Below are positions 1 to 9,851 of a stretch of 64,000 nucleotides of DNA, piece after piece. Position numbers and translations under genes: made by a program. Each line of letters starts with the position of its first letter. Position 1 is the stretch's first letter. This stretch comes from an uncultured virus (IMG/VR IMGVR_UViG_3300024505_000864) (taxonomy: Duplodnaviria > Heunggongvirae > Uroviricota > Caudoviricetes): the IMG/VR virus record IMGVR_UViG_3300024505_000864; one strand, given 5' to 3'. Under the pieces are notes generated by a model, which made no database searches, had not been told where the DNA came from, and saw only the letters and a program-made list of their open reading frames with translations.

Positions 1-22
1 CTTTTTAAGTATTTAGTATAAT

Positions 23-1912
23 TTATAAAACCCCGAAATCAAATGAGGGTAAAAATCCTGCAGGATCTGTTAAACAATCAAAGACACTAATGATAGAAAT
101 TCCAAAAGCATCATAATTAGAAGATAAATTACCATAATCACCTAATGGTAATGATGAAGTATGAATTCCAGAAACTTTATTTGCTCTCACTGTATTTTGG
201 TTGCCATCAATAATTACACTTGACTGACCTACTGTTAAAATTCCAGTAACTCTAGCATTACCATTAACCATTAATGTGGTTCCAGATGCACCTACTGCAC
301 CAACTTCCAAAGCAAATCTTGCATTTGTAGTTCCTATACCAACTCCAGAACTGTTAATTCTTACATACTCTTGAGTTTCTGATTTATCGGTAAAAATAAT
401 ATCTTCAGATCCAATAGTAATATTAGAACCTGTTGAGATTCCATTATAATCTGTGACAATTTTTAAATCACCATTTGAAGTAAAGATTCTTGCTACTCCT
501 CCAGTACCAGGAATTCCCCCAAAATTATCATAAATGAAACCAAGATGATCTTCACCACTTCCATCAATATTTTGACCTAAAGTAAAAGTAGCAGGTAAAC
601 CAGAAGCAGAAGATGTAATAGAAATAGTAGGAAGAGTGAACGTCTGTGGGAACAGAGAATTTAATGAAATTACACCAGAATTCAGTATAAATGTGTCAAC
701 ATCAGTTTGAAAATATCCTCCAGGAGTATTGATTGCAATATTAGGAGCATAAACACTTAAAAGAGGTGTAGAAATATCTACAATTGATGTGCCAATTCCA
801 ACTGAGGTAAATGTATTGCCGTCATTACAATCAAAATTTACTGTTCCTAAAACATCTAATTGTGATATTGGGTCTGTGGTTCCAATACCAATGTTTCCAC
901 TAAAAATAGAAACATCAGAAACACTTAAAGTTTCAAGAGAAGTATCACCTTTTACTGTAAGAGCACTTGTTGGATTTGTGGTTCCAACACCAACATTAGA
1001 TAATGTGTGGATTCCTGATGCTGTTGTGACCCACTGAGAAGAAATAGGTAACTGCGAATTACCCCAAATACCAGTAGAAGAATCATAAATTAAAACGTCA
1101 TTATCTGATAATGTTGTAGTATCAATCCCAACATCATGAAGATCATTTAAAAAGAATCCAAATGTAGGTCTAACTAAAATAATCCCAGCATTCTGATGAG
1201 ATCTAAGAACTGCTGCAATTTGAATAGAGTGATTTGGTGCAGATGGCTGCACATTTGTCATAACACCTACATTATTTGGATCAGCATAAAGAATATCACC
1301 TACATTCCATTCTTCAGTATTAAGATCTCCGACTTTACCAAAACTAGTAACATATCCAAAATCATTAGTTGCAAAATCTTGAGTTGCAACACCCATAATG
1401 TAAGTATCTCTGAATCCCACTGATTGTAAATCTGATGGGGTTATGAGTGCATGATCCCCCTGGACTCCCGCAAACATTATAAGTTGACCATTAGTTATTG
1501 GTGCTACAGCTTTAGCATAAAAATATTGCTCTTGCCCCACTTGAAGTGTGACATCATTCAATAATCCAATATCTAAAGTTCCTTCAGAACTATTCCAAGA
1601 AAGATCTCCCGCACTTATAGTTGCTACAGTATCTGTTTTAAATCCAATGGAAGTAAATTCCGATATCACTGTAGATAAACCTACAGTTGAAATACCAGAA
1701 TTATAAGATATTGAAAAATTATTATCAAAATTAAATGTAGTAGTAGCACCCACTACAGCATTATTACTTTCTAATGCAACAGAAGATGCATTATAATTTA
1801 CAGTCAACGATGTTGAATATCCCACCCACTGTTTCCCATTCCAAATAAAAGAATTTTCACCACTAGTAAAAATTTGATATAGTGTTGGTGAACCTGGGAA
1901 ATTTATTGCCAT
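23..1912 (-). CDS. Tail fibre-like structural protein
   Basis: 629-aa G/S/T-rich ORF; MAINFPGSP...WNGKQW N-terminus and repeated NVGIGTTNP motifs typical of cyanophage fibres. Confidence 0.7.
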   Translation of the reverse strand: MAINFPGSPTLYQIFTSGENSFIWNGKQWVGYSTSLTVNYNASSVALESNNAVVGATTTFNFDNNFSISYNSGISTVGLSTVISEFTSIGFKTDTVATISAGDLSWNSSEGTLDIGLLNDVTLQVGQEQYFYAKAVAPITNGQLIMFAGVQGDHALITPSDLQSVGFRDTYIMGVATQDFATNDFGYVTSFGKVGDLNTEEWNVGDILYADPNNVGVMTNVQPSAPNHSIQIAAVLRSHQNAGIILVRPTFGFFLNDLHDVGIDTTTLSDNDVLIYDSSTGIWGNSQLPISSQWVTTASGIHTLSNVGVGTTNPTSALTVKGDTSLETLSVSDVSIFSGNIGIGTTDPISQLDVLGTVNFDCNDGNTFTSVGIGTSIVDISTPLLSVYAPNIAINTPGGYFQTDVDTFILNSGVISLNSLFPQTFTLPTISITSSASGLPATFTLGQNIDGSGEDHLGFIYDNFGGIPGTGGVARIFTSNGDLKIVTDYNGISTGSNITIGSEDIIFTDKSETQEYVRINSSGVGIGTTNARFALEVGAVGASGTTLMVNGNARVTGILTVGQSSVIIDGNQNTVRANKVSGIHTSSLPLGDYGNLSSNYDAFGISIISVFDCLTDPAGFLPSFDFGVL

Positions 1913-1927
1913 TTTTACCCTTTCTAA

Positions 1928-2854
1928 TTATTTATTATAAACTCCACGAGGGAATACTTGACCTTGTGAAGGTCTTCTTCCTGTCAAGTATCCAGGTCTA
2001 GTATCTGTTAAGACATTAAAATTAGATCCACTTATATTTCCCAAAGAAACAGATCCATTTGTTACTTCAATAAAACCTGTTCTACTATTTACAAGAATTT
2101 CATTGGAACTTAAAGTTTTATTTTTATATGCACGAATTAGTGCTATCCTTCCATTAAATGTATCATTATACTGTAGTTTATCTCCATTAAATGCAGCGAT
2201 TCCAATATTTTTACTCGTAGAATAAATTGTAGGAACAGAATAACTAACATCCAAATTACCATTAATATAAAATGAAAGTATAGAACTACCATAAGTTACT
2301 ACAACATGATTCCAAACATCTTGAGTGATTGATGTACTTGAGGATTTACCGACAGCAGTTGCTCTTGTAGATCCTGTTTGATATATAAAATCCAACTTAT
2401 TAGTAGATTCATTAACTCTAAACTGCCAATTTAATGGATCAGTATCTCCAGTATCTGCAGTAAATATTTGTGAATTAGCTCCATCTCCAGAATCACTATC
2501 GTAGTAAATCCAAGCCTCAATTGAAAATTGAGAACTATTAGTTAAATTCAAACTATCAGATTCAGGTATTGTTCCCTTAGAAGTAGATGATCCATTGAAA
2601 ACAAGGGAAGAAAAATTAACAGTTGCAGTGTTAAATGATATATTTGTTAAAAATGCATTGTTATTTTGTCCACTTATATCAGTCCAAGTATTTCCATTTC
2701 CAGGATAAGATGTTATTTTGTTGGTATTTAAATTTAAAACCAAACCGTCAGTAATTTCAGGTGGTTGAAAAAAAATATTTGAATAATTAAAATGTACTGA
2801 AGTATTTAATCCAGAAACAGCAGTTGTTAAAGTTGGAAAACTATAATCTGCCAT
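1928..2854 (-). CDS. LamG/concanavalin A-like domain structural protein
   Basis: DGLVLNL...SYPGNGNTWTDISG, FSIEAWI, WNHVVVTY, FYING, FNGRIALIRAY motifs. Confidence 0.75.
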   Translation of the reverse strand: MADYSFPTLTTAVSGLNTSVHFNYSNIFFQPPEITDGLVLNLNTNKITSYPGNGNTWTDISGQNNNAFLTNISFNTATVNFSSLVFNGSSTSKGTIPESDSLNLTNSSQFSIEAWIYYDSDSGDGANSQIFTADTGDTDPLNWQFRVNESTNKLDFIYQTGSTRATAVGKSSSTSITQDVWNHVVVTYGSSILSFYINGNLDVSYSVPTIYSTSKNIGIAAFNGDKLQYNDTFNGRIALIRAYKNKTLSSNEILVNSRTGFIEVTNGSVSLGNISGSNFNVLTDTRPGYLTGRRPSQGQVFPRGVYNK

Positions 2855-4323
2855 TAGACTGTCCTCGCACAGAAGAGAATACCACGAGTTCTTGTAGTTT
2901 GATTGTAAGAACCAGTAATTACAGTATAAACTTCAGATCCACTAATTGTGATTGTATCACCCTGTTGGATATTTGCAGATGGAGTTGCATAATCAAAATC
3001 AATTAATACAAAATCATCAGGAATGTAATAAGGAACGGGAACTAACAAAGCATTAATTGGAATACCTTTAATTACAGCATTAAAGTTTGATGCTGATGGT
3101 AAGGTTTCACTGAAATTGTCTCCACCGGATCCACGACTTGTAATATTTCTTACATAAATGTTAGAATCAGTAGCTGTATATGATTGTGAATGAGATGTTG
3201 AACGATAAGTATTAGATTTATATGGTTGTGAATGTAAATTAGCACTATCAAATTGAGTATATCCAAATTCAGCAGCACGTTTTGATGGAACTGTTGAACT
3301 GTATGCAGAGTATTCCCCTGCAGTATATGTTCTAAATTCTAAACCTGGATAATAATCATTTGAAATAGGTATAATCATTGTCATTCCACCCAGGAAAACA
3401 TAATCATAATCCCATAAAGTGGATGTATGATTATGAAGTATGAATGTAAGGTATGTATTATCTCTCAATTTAGTAGAAGATAGTGTTGGATGCCTATAGG
3501 ATAAAACAGAAAATTTTGGATCTATTCCAGATTTGAAAATATTCAAATCTAATTGATAAGAAGTAGAATTTGCAATTGTTTCTCCACCATTATTTGCTGC
3601 AGTATAATATCCAAACTGATCAGATGCCCTATCAAAATATGCACCACTTATAACTGGGGTATAAGGCATATCAAAATATGAGTTCCCAGCAAAACGATTT
3701 GGATATCCTTTCCCTCTATTTACATATACATTTGAAATATCTGAAGGATGAAATCCAGATCCAACGTGAAATTCTAAAGAAGTATCACTCATCATTTGGA
3801 ATCCTCTGTAGGTATCTCCAAATTTCTTATTTGATTGAATTGTATGTCTCAATACTCCCCAAGGATATGTCCCCCCTGCGGTTACATCCTTATCGTAAAA
3901 AGCATTTGTTGCTCCATAACTAACGGGAGTTACACCACCATCAACTAAAACAGTAATACCAATCGCAACAGCTCCATTTGCAGCACCACCAATATCCGCT
4001 GGTGATAATGTTACATACTCGCCATTCGTATATCCAACACCAGGACGATTGACATAAATGTTTTGAACCGTTCCACCAGATCTATCAACATAAAAACTTG
4101 CTCCAGTTCCAATTCCAGTTGTAGTTGCAGTAAATACATCATAGTGATCTGTACTTGATGATCCTACAGTTCCACCACCACTATAAGCACTAATACCAGT
4201 TACAATTCCAGTTTGAGTTGCCCCGTGCCAACCTAACCAAGTAAATGCACTTTCTAATTGCTCTATAACATTAGTTCTTGCCCAACCAGGATTAATTGAA
4301 ATTGTTGTCGTTGTAATTGCCAT
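2854..4323 (-). CDS. Putative virion structural protein
   Basis: 489-aa ORF translationally coupled within the fibre cluster; NRPGVGYT-type turns. Confidence 0.5.
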   Translation of the reverse strand: MAITTTTISINPGWARTNVIEQLESAFTWLGWHGATQTGIVTGISAYSGGGTVGSSSTDHYDVFTATTTGIGTGASFYVDRSGGTVQNIYVNRPGVGYTNGEYVTLSPADIGGAANGAVAIGITVLVDGGVTPVSYGATNAFYDKDVTAGGTYPWGVLRHTIQSNKKFGDTYRGFQMMSDTSLEFHVGSGFHPSDISNVYVNRGKGYPNRFAGNSYFDMPYTPVISGAYFDRASDQFGYYTAANNGGETIANSTSYQLDLNIFKSGIDPKFSVLSYRHPTLSSTKLRDNTYLTFILHNHTSTLWDYDYVFLGGMTMIIPISNDYYPGLEFRTYTAGEYSAYSSTVPSKRAAEFGYTQFDSANLHSQPYKSNTYRSTSHSQSYTATDSNIYVRNITSRGSGGDNFSETLPSASNFNAVIKGIPINALLVPVPYYIPDDFVLIDFDYATPSANIQQGDTITISGSEVYTVITGSYNQTTRTRGILFCARTV

Positions 4324-4329
4324 TAGTCT

Positions 4330-7095
4330 TTATGCCTCCAGTTGAAGAATGGTTAGATTTGCTGTAATTGCTTGTGTAGAACCAGAAAGGTTTGTGATTG
4401 CTGCATATATTGTAGTGTCAGTGGGATTATCAAGATTACCACCCATCACAAAAGGAGAAATAATTTGAGTAGTTGAAATGCCAGTAGTAATCACTTCAGC
4501 AATCACTCCACTTCCAGGTGTTGGATCAATTCCAACACTTCTAGAAGCATCAGCAGCACGAGATGCACTATCTGTATATAGTCTTAACCAACCTGCAGTG
4601 GAAAGACCGACTCTCATTAAAGCATAAGACTTAAATCCTGTAATATTTGTATTACCAATTCCATTATTTGCAATTGATGTTGTTACACCAGTTACAGTAG
4701 TTCTTGATTGTAGTGAACCACCAGATGCTGTAATTGTTGCAATACCAGAAGTAGAATAATCAACATCAAGTCCAGTTCCAAAGTTAATTGTTCGTGCAGA
4801 ACCAACATTTACATTATCGTCTAAAACAACAATACCAGATCCAGTTGCATTAACATTGAGAAGTGCAGAACCATCAATCGCAGGTAGTGATCCAGTTAAT
4901 TGACCTGCAGGGAGACTGGTTATGTTTGCACCAGAACCATAGAAAGAAGTAGCAGTAATTACACCAGTTGCATTTATATGCCCAGAATTTGATAATGTAA
5001 TTGCAGATCCAACTTTAACATTTCCAATAAAAGTGTTATCCGAATTTCCATTAGATGTTAATGATCCATCTATTGAAAGATTTCCAGTATCAGAGTATAA
5101 AGTTGCTATCTCAGATTTGTTTAAGAAAGATTCCTTTCTGTAGAATACAATATTTCCTCTATCACCATTTGTAAATCCATTTGCAGCAATTTGCAGTTCC
5201 TTACTGCTAGCATTAATATTTCCAGAAACACTACCTGCTGGATCCCTACCAATAATTATGGCATTATTAAGGTCTGAGTAACTACCTGCTCTTAAATAAT
5301 CAACAGTGGTAATACCTGCGTAAATATTTGGAGTTCCTGCAAGACTATAAGCAGTTGTTGCTTCTGATACTGAACTTGCACCAGAGACAGTGGCAATACC
5401 AGACCCAAATGAAACATTTAAGTTTGTTCCAAAATCAATTGTCCCTGCAGTTCCCACTGGTGTTCCATCTTCTCTAATTTCAACTCCAGCACCTGTAGCA
5501 ACAACTCCAGTCAATGCAGAACCGTCAATGGCAGGAAGTGCTCCTGTAAGTTGCCCAGCATTGAGTGTTCCATAGAAACTTGTAGCAGATACAACACCAG
5601 AAACTGTGAGTGCTTCTGTAGCTACTGTAGTCTTAATACCAACATTACCACTTGAGTTAATATATTGTCTGATGTTTCCTTCACCATCAGCAATGACTAC
5701 ATTATTTGATGATGTGCGAATATCTAATCCAGTCTGTCCATCATAACCACCAAGAATTACGTTATAAGAACCAGTTGTAATTTTTTGCCCTGCTCTTACA
5801 CCAACACCAATATTGTATTGTCCAGTGGTTGTGTCATAATAAGACAGTTCACCGATACCAATGTTTCTACCCTGACCACCGTTTAAAGTAACAAGAACCT
5901 GATCACCAATCGCAATATTTCTACCACTTCCAGATCCAGAAGGCAAATTACCAAATCTTAAGTTTGATGATGCATCTGCTTGAATTCTTCCCTGAGAAAT
6001 TGTTGTTACACCAGATACATTCAGTTGCGAAGCATTTGCATAACCACCTGTTAAGTTTGTTGCATCAGTTATAGAACCAACAAGATTTCCATAGAAAGTT
6101 GTAGCACTAATAATTCCAGTAGAGGAATACATTGTGATGCCACTACCCACAAAAGTATTACCACTAAAAGTAGAAATACCGGAAGCATTTAATTGCCCTG
6201 TAACGGTTGTTCCTGTGATTGTTACACCAGTATTAGTGGTTGCTAACTTTTTAGATCCATTATAATAAAGATCTACAGATCCATCTGCAGTACAATCAAG
6301 CATGAACTCAGCATCTGCTTTATTTTTTAATATAATTCTATCAGATGTTATCCTAAAAGTTGTGTTGCTGTATATTCTAGATCCAGTAACACCATTATAT
6401 TGAAGATAATATTGATTAGAATCTCCAAGATTGATATTAGAATTAGTAGAAAGATTTATATTATTTTTAAAAGTAGAAACACCAGTCACATAAAGTTGAG
6501 ATGTTGATGTTCCACTACCAACAACGGTAAGAGCACTTGTTGGATTTGTGGTTCCTATACCAACATTCGAAAGTGTATGAATTCCTACTAATGAAGATAA
6601 CCAGTAAGACTCTCCAGAACCCCCTGTTGTATTAAGTCCTGCAGATGCTGGAGAAAAATCTACCCATTGTGAAGAACTTCCATCATTATAATATATAAAT
6701 CCTCTTCCTAAAGTACTATCATACCATAAATTTCCACTAATAGGAGAGACAGGTTCAGTATCAGAAATGGTTACACTTGCACCACCACCTCCAGAGAATG
6801 CAATACCATTCTGATATAAAGTTCCCGTAAGATTAATATCCCCAATTACTTCTAATTTATATTGGGAATTTGTTGTACCTATACCAATATTTCCATCATT
6901 ATAGTATGCACTGCCATTCGGGTTCTCAGTCCATACATTTAAAAGTGTGACGGTAGATCCTACTCCAACATTCTCTTTTCTTGCAAAGAGTCTACCATCA
7001 TTAAAATTATACCCTAACTCTCCAAGTTCTAAATCTGAAACTTGTGGTCTTTTTCCGGATACGGATGATCTTTTAAGTTTAAACGGAGTTGCCAT
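4330..7095 (-). CDS. Tail fibre protein
   Basis: KLKRSSVSGKRP...LGELGYN fibre N-terminus; GNLWYDS, NIGIGTT and LTGALPAIDGSAL repeats. Confidence 0.75.
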   Translation of the reverse strand: MATPFKLKRSSVSGKRPQVSDLELGELGYNFNDGRLFARKENVGVGSTVTLLNVWTENPNGSAYYNDGNIGIGTTNSQYKLEVIGDINLTGTLYQNGIAFSGGGGASVTISDTEPVSPISGNLWYDSTLGRGFIYYNDGSSSQWVDFSPASAGLNTTGGSGESYWLSSLVGIHTLSNVGIGTTNPTSALTVVGSGTSTSQLYVTGVSTFKNNINLSTNSNINLGDSNQYYLQYNGVTGSRIYSNTTFRITSDRIILKNKADAEFMLDCTADGSVDLYYNGSKKLATTNTGVTITGTTVTGQLNASGISTFSGNTFVGSGITMYSSTGIISATTFYGNLVGSITDATNLTGGYANASQLNVSGVTTISQGRIQADASSNLRFGNLPSGSGSGRNIAIGDQVLVTLNGGQGRNIGIGELSYYDTTTGQYNIGVGVRAGQKITTGSYNVILGGYDGQTGLDIRTSSNNVVIADGEGNIRQYINSSGNVGIKTTVATEALTVSGVVSATSFYGTLNAGQLTGALPAIDGSALTGVVATGAGVEIREDGTPVGTAGTIDFGTNLNVSFGSGIATVSGASSVSEATTAYSLAGTPNIYAGITTVDYLRAGSYSDLNNAIIIGRDPAGSVSGNINASSKELQIAANGFTNGDRGNIVFYRKESFLNKSEIATLYSDTGNLSIDGSLTSNGNSDNTFIGNVKVGSAITLSNSGHINATGVITATSFYGSGANITSLPAGQLTGSLPAIDGSALLNVNATGSGIVVLDDNVNVGSARTINFGTGLDVDYSTSGIATITASGGSLQSRTTVTGVTTSIANNGIGNTNITGFKSYALMRVGLSTAGWLRLYTDSASRAADASRSVGIDPTPGSGVIAEVITTGISTTQIISPFVMGGNLDNPTDTTIYAAITNLSGSTQAITANLTILQLEA

Positions 7096-7112
7096 ATTGG
7101 TATATACCTAAT

Positions 7113-7139
7113 AAAAAAGGAGACTTATCTAAGTCTCCT
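7113..7139 (-). terminator. Rho-independent terminator
   Basis: AGGAGACTTA-GA-TAAGTCTCCT stem followed by a T-run on the minus strand. Confidence 0.6.
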
Positions 7140-7144
7140 AATAT

Positions 7145-7300
7145 TTATTCAGTTTCCAATTCTTCTAATGCTTCTAATGCACCTTGAAGTTTCAAGAATT
7201 CTTCTTTCTTTTTATTGAATTCTTGTTCCATAGCAAGAAGTTCATCTCTAATTTTAGTTGCCTTTTCAGTCAGAATGGTTTTCATTTCATCTTGTTTCAT
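7145..7300 (-). CDS. Small coiled-coil hypothetical protein (51 aa)
   Basis: Read by hand: MKQDEMKTILTEKATKIRDELLAMEQEFNKKKEEFLKLQGALEALEELETE. Confidence 0.65.
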   Translation of the reverse strand: MKQDEMKTILTEKATKIRDELLAMEQEFNKKKEEFLKLQGALEALEELETE

Positions 7301-7306
7301 AATAGA

Positions 7307-7903
7307 TTATTTTAACTCTTCGTTATTTATACATTTATCAAAACCAAATCCAAGATACGTCCTACCATTATAAATTAATTTTTTATTTGAACCATTTCCA
7401 TCAACAAAATGTAAAAAACATTGAAGATTCCATTTACTTTTAGAAATTGGTCCAGAATTTGATAAGTATCTACTGTCAAAGATACATAGGTCACCCGGAT
7501 TTAAATTAATTTCAATAGAATCAAATTGTTTATTAACTCTATTAAGGTGGATTGGATCTACATCATTTTCTTTTGAAAATCCTAAAGATAAAATTGCCGT
7601 AATTTCACCAGAATTTTTATTTACATCGTACTGTAATTGATCACCTTTCATATACATTCTAACAAAACTATATGTTGGAAGTATATTAATTCCTAAAATC
7701 TCACCTAAAGGTTCACATGAATTTTGTAATATAACTTCAGACAGAGAATCATAACAAAAATCATAAGTATTTTGATAAAGATTAATATCACTTGAATTAA
7801 TTTTCAATGTAAAATAATCTTGGATAAATTCAACAAAATCTTCTTCTAAAAAATTTCTAATTATTTTATAATGATCACTTTTAAAATTTTGAGGTTCTAT
7901 CAT
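7307..7903 (-). CDS. 2OG-Fe(II) oxygenase-like protein, apparently lacking metal ligands
   Basis: LPTYSFVRMY..GD, LNPGDLCIF, QCFLHFVD match a phage 2OG oxygenase fold, but the HxD and distal His are not seen. Confidence 0.6.
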   Translation of the reverse strand: MIEPQNFKSDHYKIIRNFLEEDFVEFIQDYFTLKINSSDINLYQNTYDFCYDSLSEVILQNSCEPLGEILGINILPTYSFVRMYMKGDQLQYDVNKNSGEITAILSLGFSKENDVDPIHLNRVNKQFDSIEINLNPGDLCIFDSRYLSNSGPISKSKWNLQCFLHFVDGNGSNKKLIYNGRTYLGFGFDKCINNEELK

Positions 7904-7908
7904 AATTT

Positions 7909-8577
7909 TTATTTAAATCTTGGACCAATTACCCAACCAACAAGAACATATCTAGTTCCTTTTGTAATAGGAGTACATTCATGAAGAACATTAGATGGAA
8001 AAAATGTAATTAATCCTTTTTTCTTTTCTATAATTTGAGGAGTTTTACTTAAATGCAATCTCAATTCACCACCTTCATATTCAGACGGATCTGAAAGTTG
8101 TAATACAAAAGAAAGTTTCCTATCGTGTGGAACATTATTGTATATTGTATCCAAATGTGGTTTGTAAAAACTCTTAGTATTTCCATAATATTTTGTAAAC
8201 TGAAGCATTTCAATTTTTTCTAAATCAAATTTAAAATACTCAGAATTAACATAATTTATACAATCAGTTAATCTTTGATAAATCCATTCTGTTACATTAT
8301 TAACAGGAACCCAAGATAATTTAGAAATTCTAGTTTGAATTTCTAAATCATTATTAGTTGAAACTAATGCATCAACTTCAGGAATACGATTGCAAATGGA
8401 AATTATTTTATTCAATTCATTATCTTTAAATAAATCACTATAATAATAAAATAAACCATTATTATTATAATTTTTTAAATAATATTCTTTTGCATTAACT
8501 ACACTAAGTTCATCTTCATCTATCAATGGTCTGACCATGTTAATGATATTTTTACTTTTTAAAAATTTAGATATCAT
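7909..8577 (-). CDS. 2OG-Fe(II) oxygenase (PKHD/prolyl hydroxylase-like)
   Basis: YKPHLD, RKLSFVLQLSDPSEYEGGEL, FFPSNVLHECTPITKGTRYVLVGW. Confidence 0.9.
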   Translation of the reverse strand: MISKFLKSKNIINMVRPLIDEDELSVVNAKEYYLKNYNNNGLFYYYSDLFKDNELNKIISICNRIPEVDALVSTNNDLEIQTRISKLSWVPVNNVTEWIYQRLTDCINYVNSEYFKFDLEKIEMLQFTKYYGNTKSFYKPHLDTIYNNVPHDRKLSFVLQLSDPSEYEGGELRLHLSKTPQIIEKKKGLITFFPSNVLHECTPITKGTRYVLVGWVIGPRFK

Positions 8578-9218
8578 ATTTTTATCATATTAGAGGGCCA
8601 AGAAATATCATTTGAAATCAATGAAAAAATATCTAAAATATCATTACATTTATCAATCTGATTATTAAGATCAAATTCTAAGTCAAATAGTTTTTGAAAA
8701 AATTTTTGAATTTCATTTACCATTTTAATAAATTCACTTGAAGTAAAATCAATAAATCCACTTTTTGATTTCCATTTGAATTTTAAATCATTATTAGAAT
8801 TACATTCCAAATATTTTAATAGCAATAATGTTTTAGATCTATCGTCGGTAGATATTTCATATCTATTATCGATATTAATCCCTGAACATTCTATTTCATA
8901 TCTTAATGAACTTATTTGATCTTTGAATTGAGACTTTATAATTTCAAATAGTATACTATCACATTCAAATTCTTTCAACTTTTTTTCATTTTCTTTTGAA
9001 AATTTTAAGAACCCATGATTTGGATATCCTGCCCAAGAAAGATCATAAAGTTCATCTTTATTAAGATATACAATTCCTGAAATATTTTTCCAATTTATTT
9101 CTAATTTTTCTGGAGGACTTAAAATTTTTTTTTCTTTTGGATTTATTTCAAAATATAAATCAACTAAAATGTTCTTCATAATCTTTCCAAGCTTGGTCGG
9201 GATCTGCACCATTTTCAA
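8574..9218 (-). CDS. DUF4376-like fibre-associated protein
   Basis: NWKNISG, LSWAG, RYEIECSGI...STDDRSK...KWK pattern. Confidence 0.5.
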   Translation of the reverse strand: MKMVQIPTKLGKIMKNILVDLYFEINPKEKKILSPPEKLEINWKNISGIVYLNKDELYDLSWAGYPNHGFLKFSKENEKKLKEFECDSILFEIIKSQFKDQISSLRYEIECSGINIDNRYEISTDDRSKTLLLLKYLECNSNNDLKFKWKSKSGFIDFTSSEFIKMVNEIQKFFQKLFDLEFDLNNQIDKCNDILDIFSLISNDISWPSNMIKI

Positions 9219-9828
9219 TTGATTGTATAACTCTACGTTTAGCTATTTCTTTTTCACTCTTTTTCCTATCTTTTTTAACATTTTCTCTTAATTTTTCAAG
9301 ATTTTTTAATGGTTCTTTTCCCAAATTATCAGAAATTTCTTCTTGAATTTTTAACTCTTCAAATACTTTTTTAGATTGTTCTTCAATATCAAAAGATTTA
9401 TTTTTTTTCTTTGATTTTGTTTTTGTGGGAAGTGCCTTTTTCTCTTCAGTATTTCCTTCTAAAGATTTTTTATGTGTTTCCATTACCTGTTGCATTTGCC
9501 AAGGTGCAGCACCTGCCCAATATCTATCGTCAGCATCTAAATTCCACCCCCTCCAGGAAGCAAAATCTTGTCTAGGTCTCATAGCAATTTGAAGTCCTAC
9601 TCCTGAGGCTAATTGTTCTATAAGTTCAATAACTTCTACAGGTTGAAGAACAGACCAAAGATTATAATAGTCTCCCCTCATTGATATTTCGACTACACCA
9701 CCAAATGCAGTTCCCACTGTTACTGATCTAGCTCTACTTTTACTTGCTTTCAATCCTGCTAATTCATTTTCTTCATAAATTTGATTTATTTTTTCACGTA
9801 TTTCATTAGTTTTCTTTTTTGAAGCCAT
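9160..9828 (-). CDS. Hypothetical protein
   Basis: RARSVTVGTAFGGVVEISMR core with a charged C-terminal tail; in operon. Confidence 0.6.
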   Translation of the reverse strand: MASKKKTNEIREKINQIYEENELAGLKASKSRARSVTVGTAFGGVVEISMRGDYYNLWSVLQPVEVIELIEQLASGVGLQIAMRPRQDFASWRGWNLDADDRYWAGAAPWQMQQVMETHKKSLEGNTEEKKALPTKTKSKKKNKSFDIEEQSKKVFEELKIQEEISDNLGKEPLKNLEKLRENVKKDRKKSEKEIAKRRVIQSIENGADPDQAWKDYEEHFS

Positions 9829-9851
9829 GTTAATTGCATCTCCTTATTATG

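Noticed and set aside
957..6585. Shared fibre segments as a diversity-generating retroelement TR/VR pair
   Set aside because: Differences are not adenine-specific, both copies are mid-gene, and no reverse transcriptase is in the window
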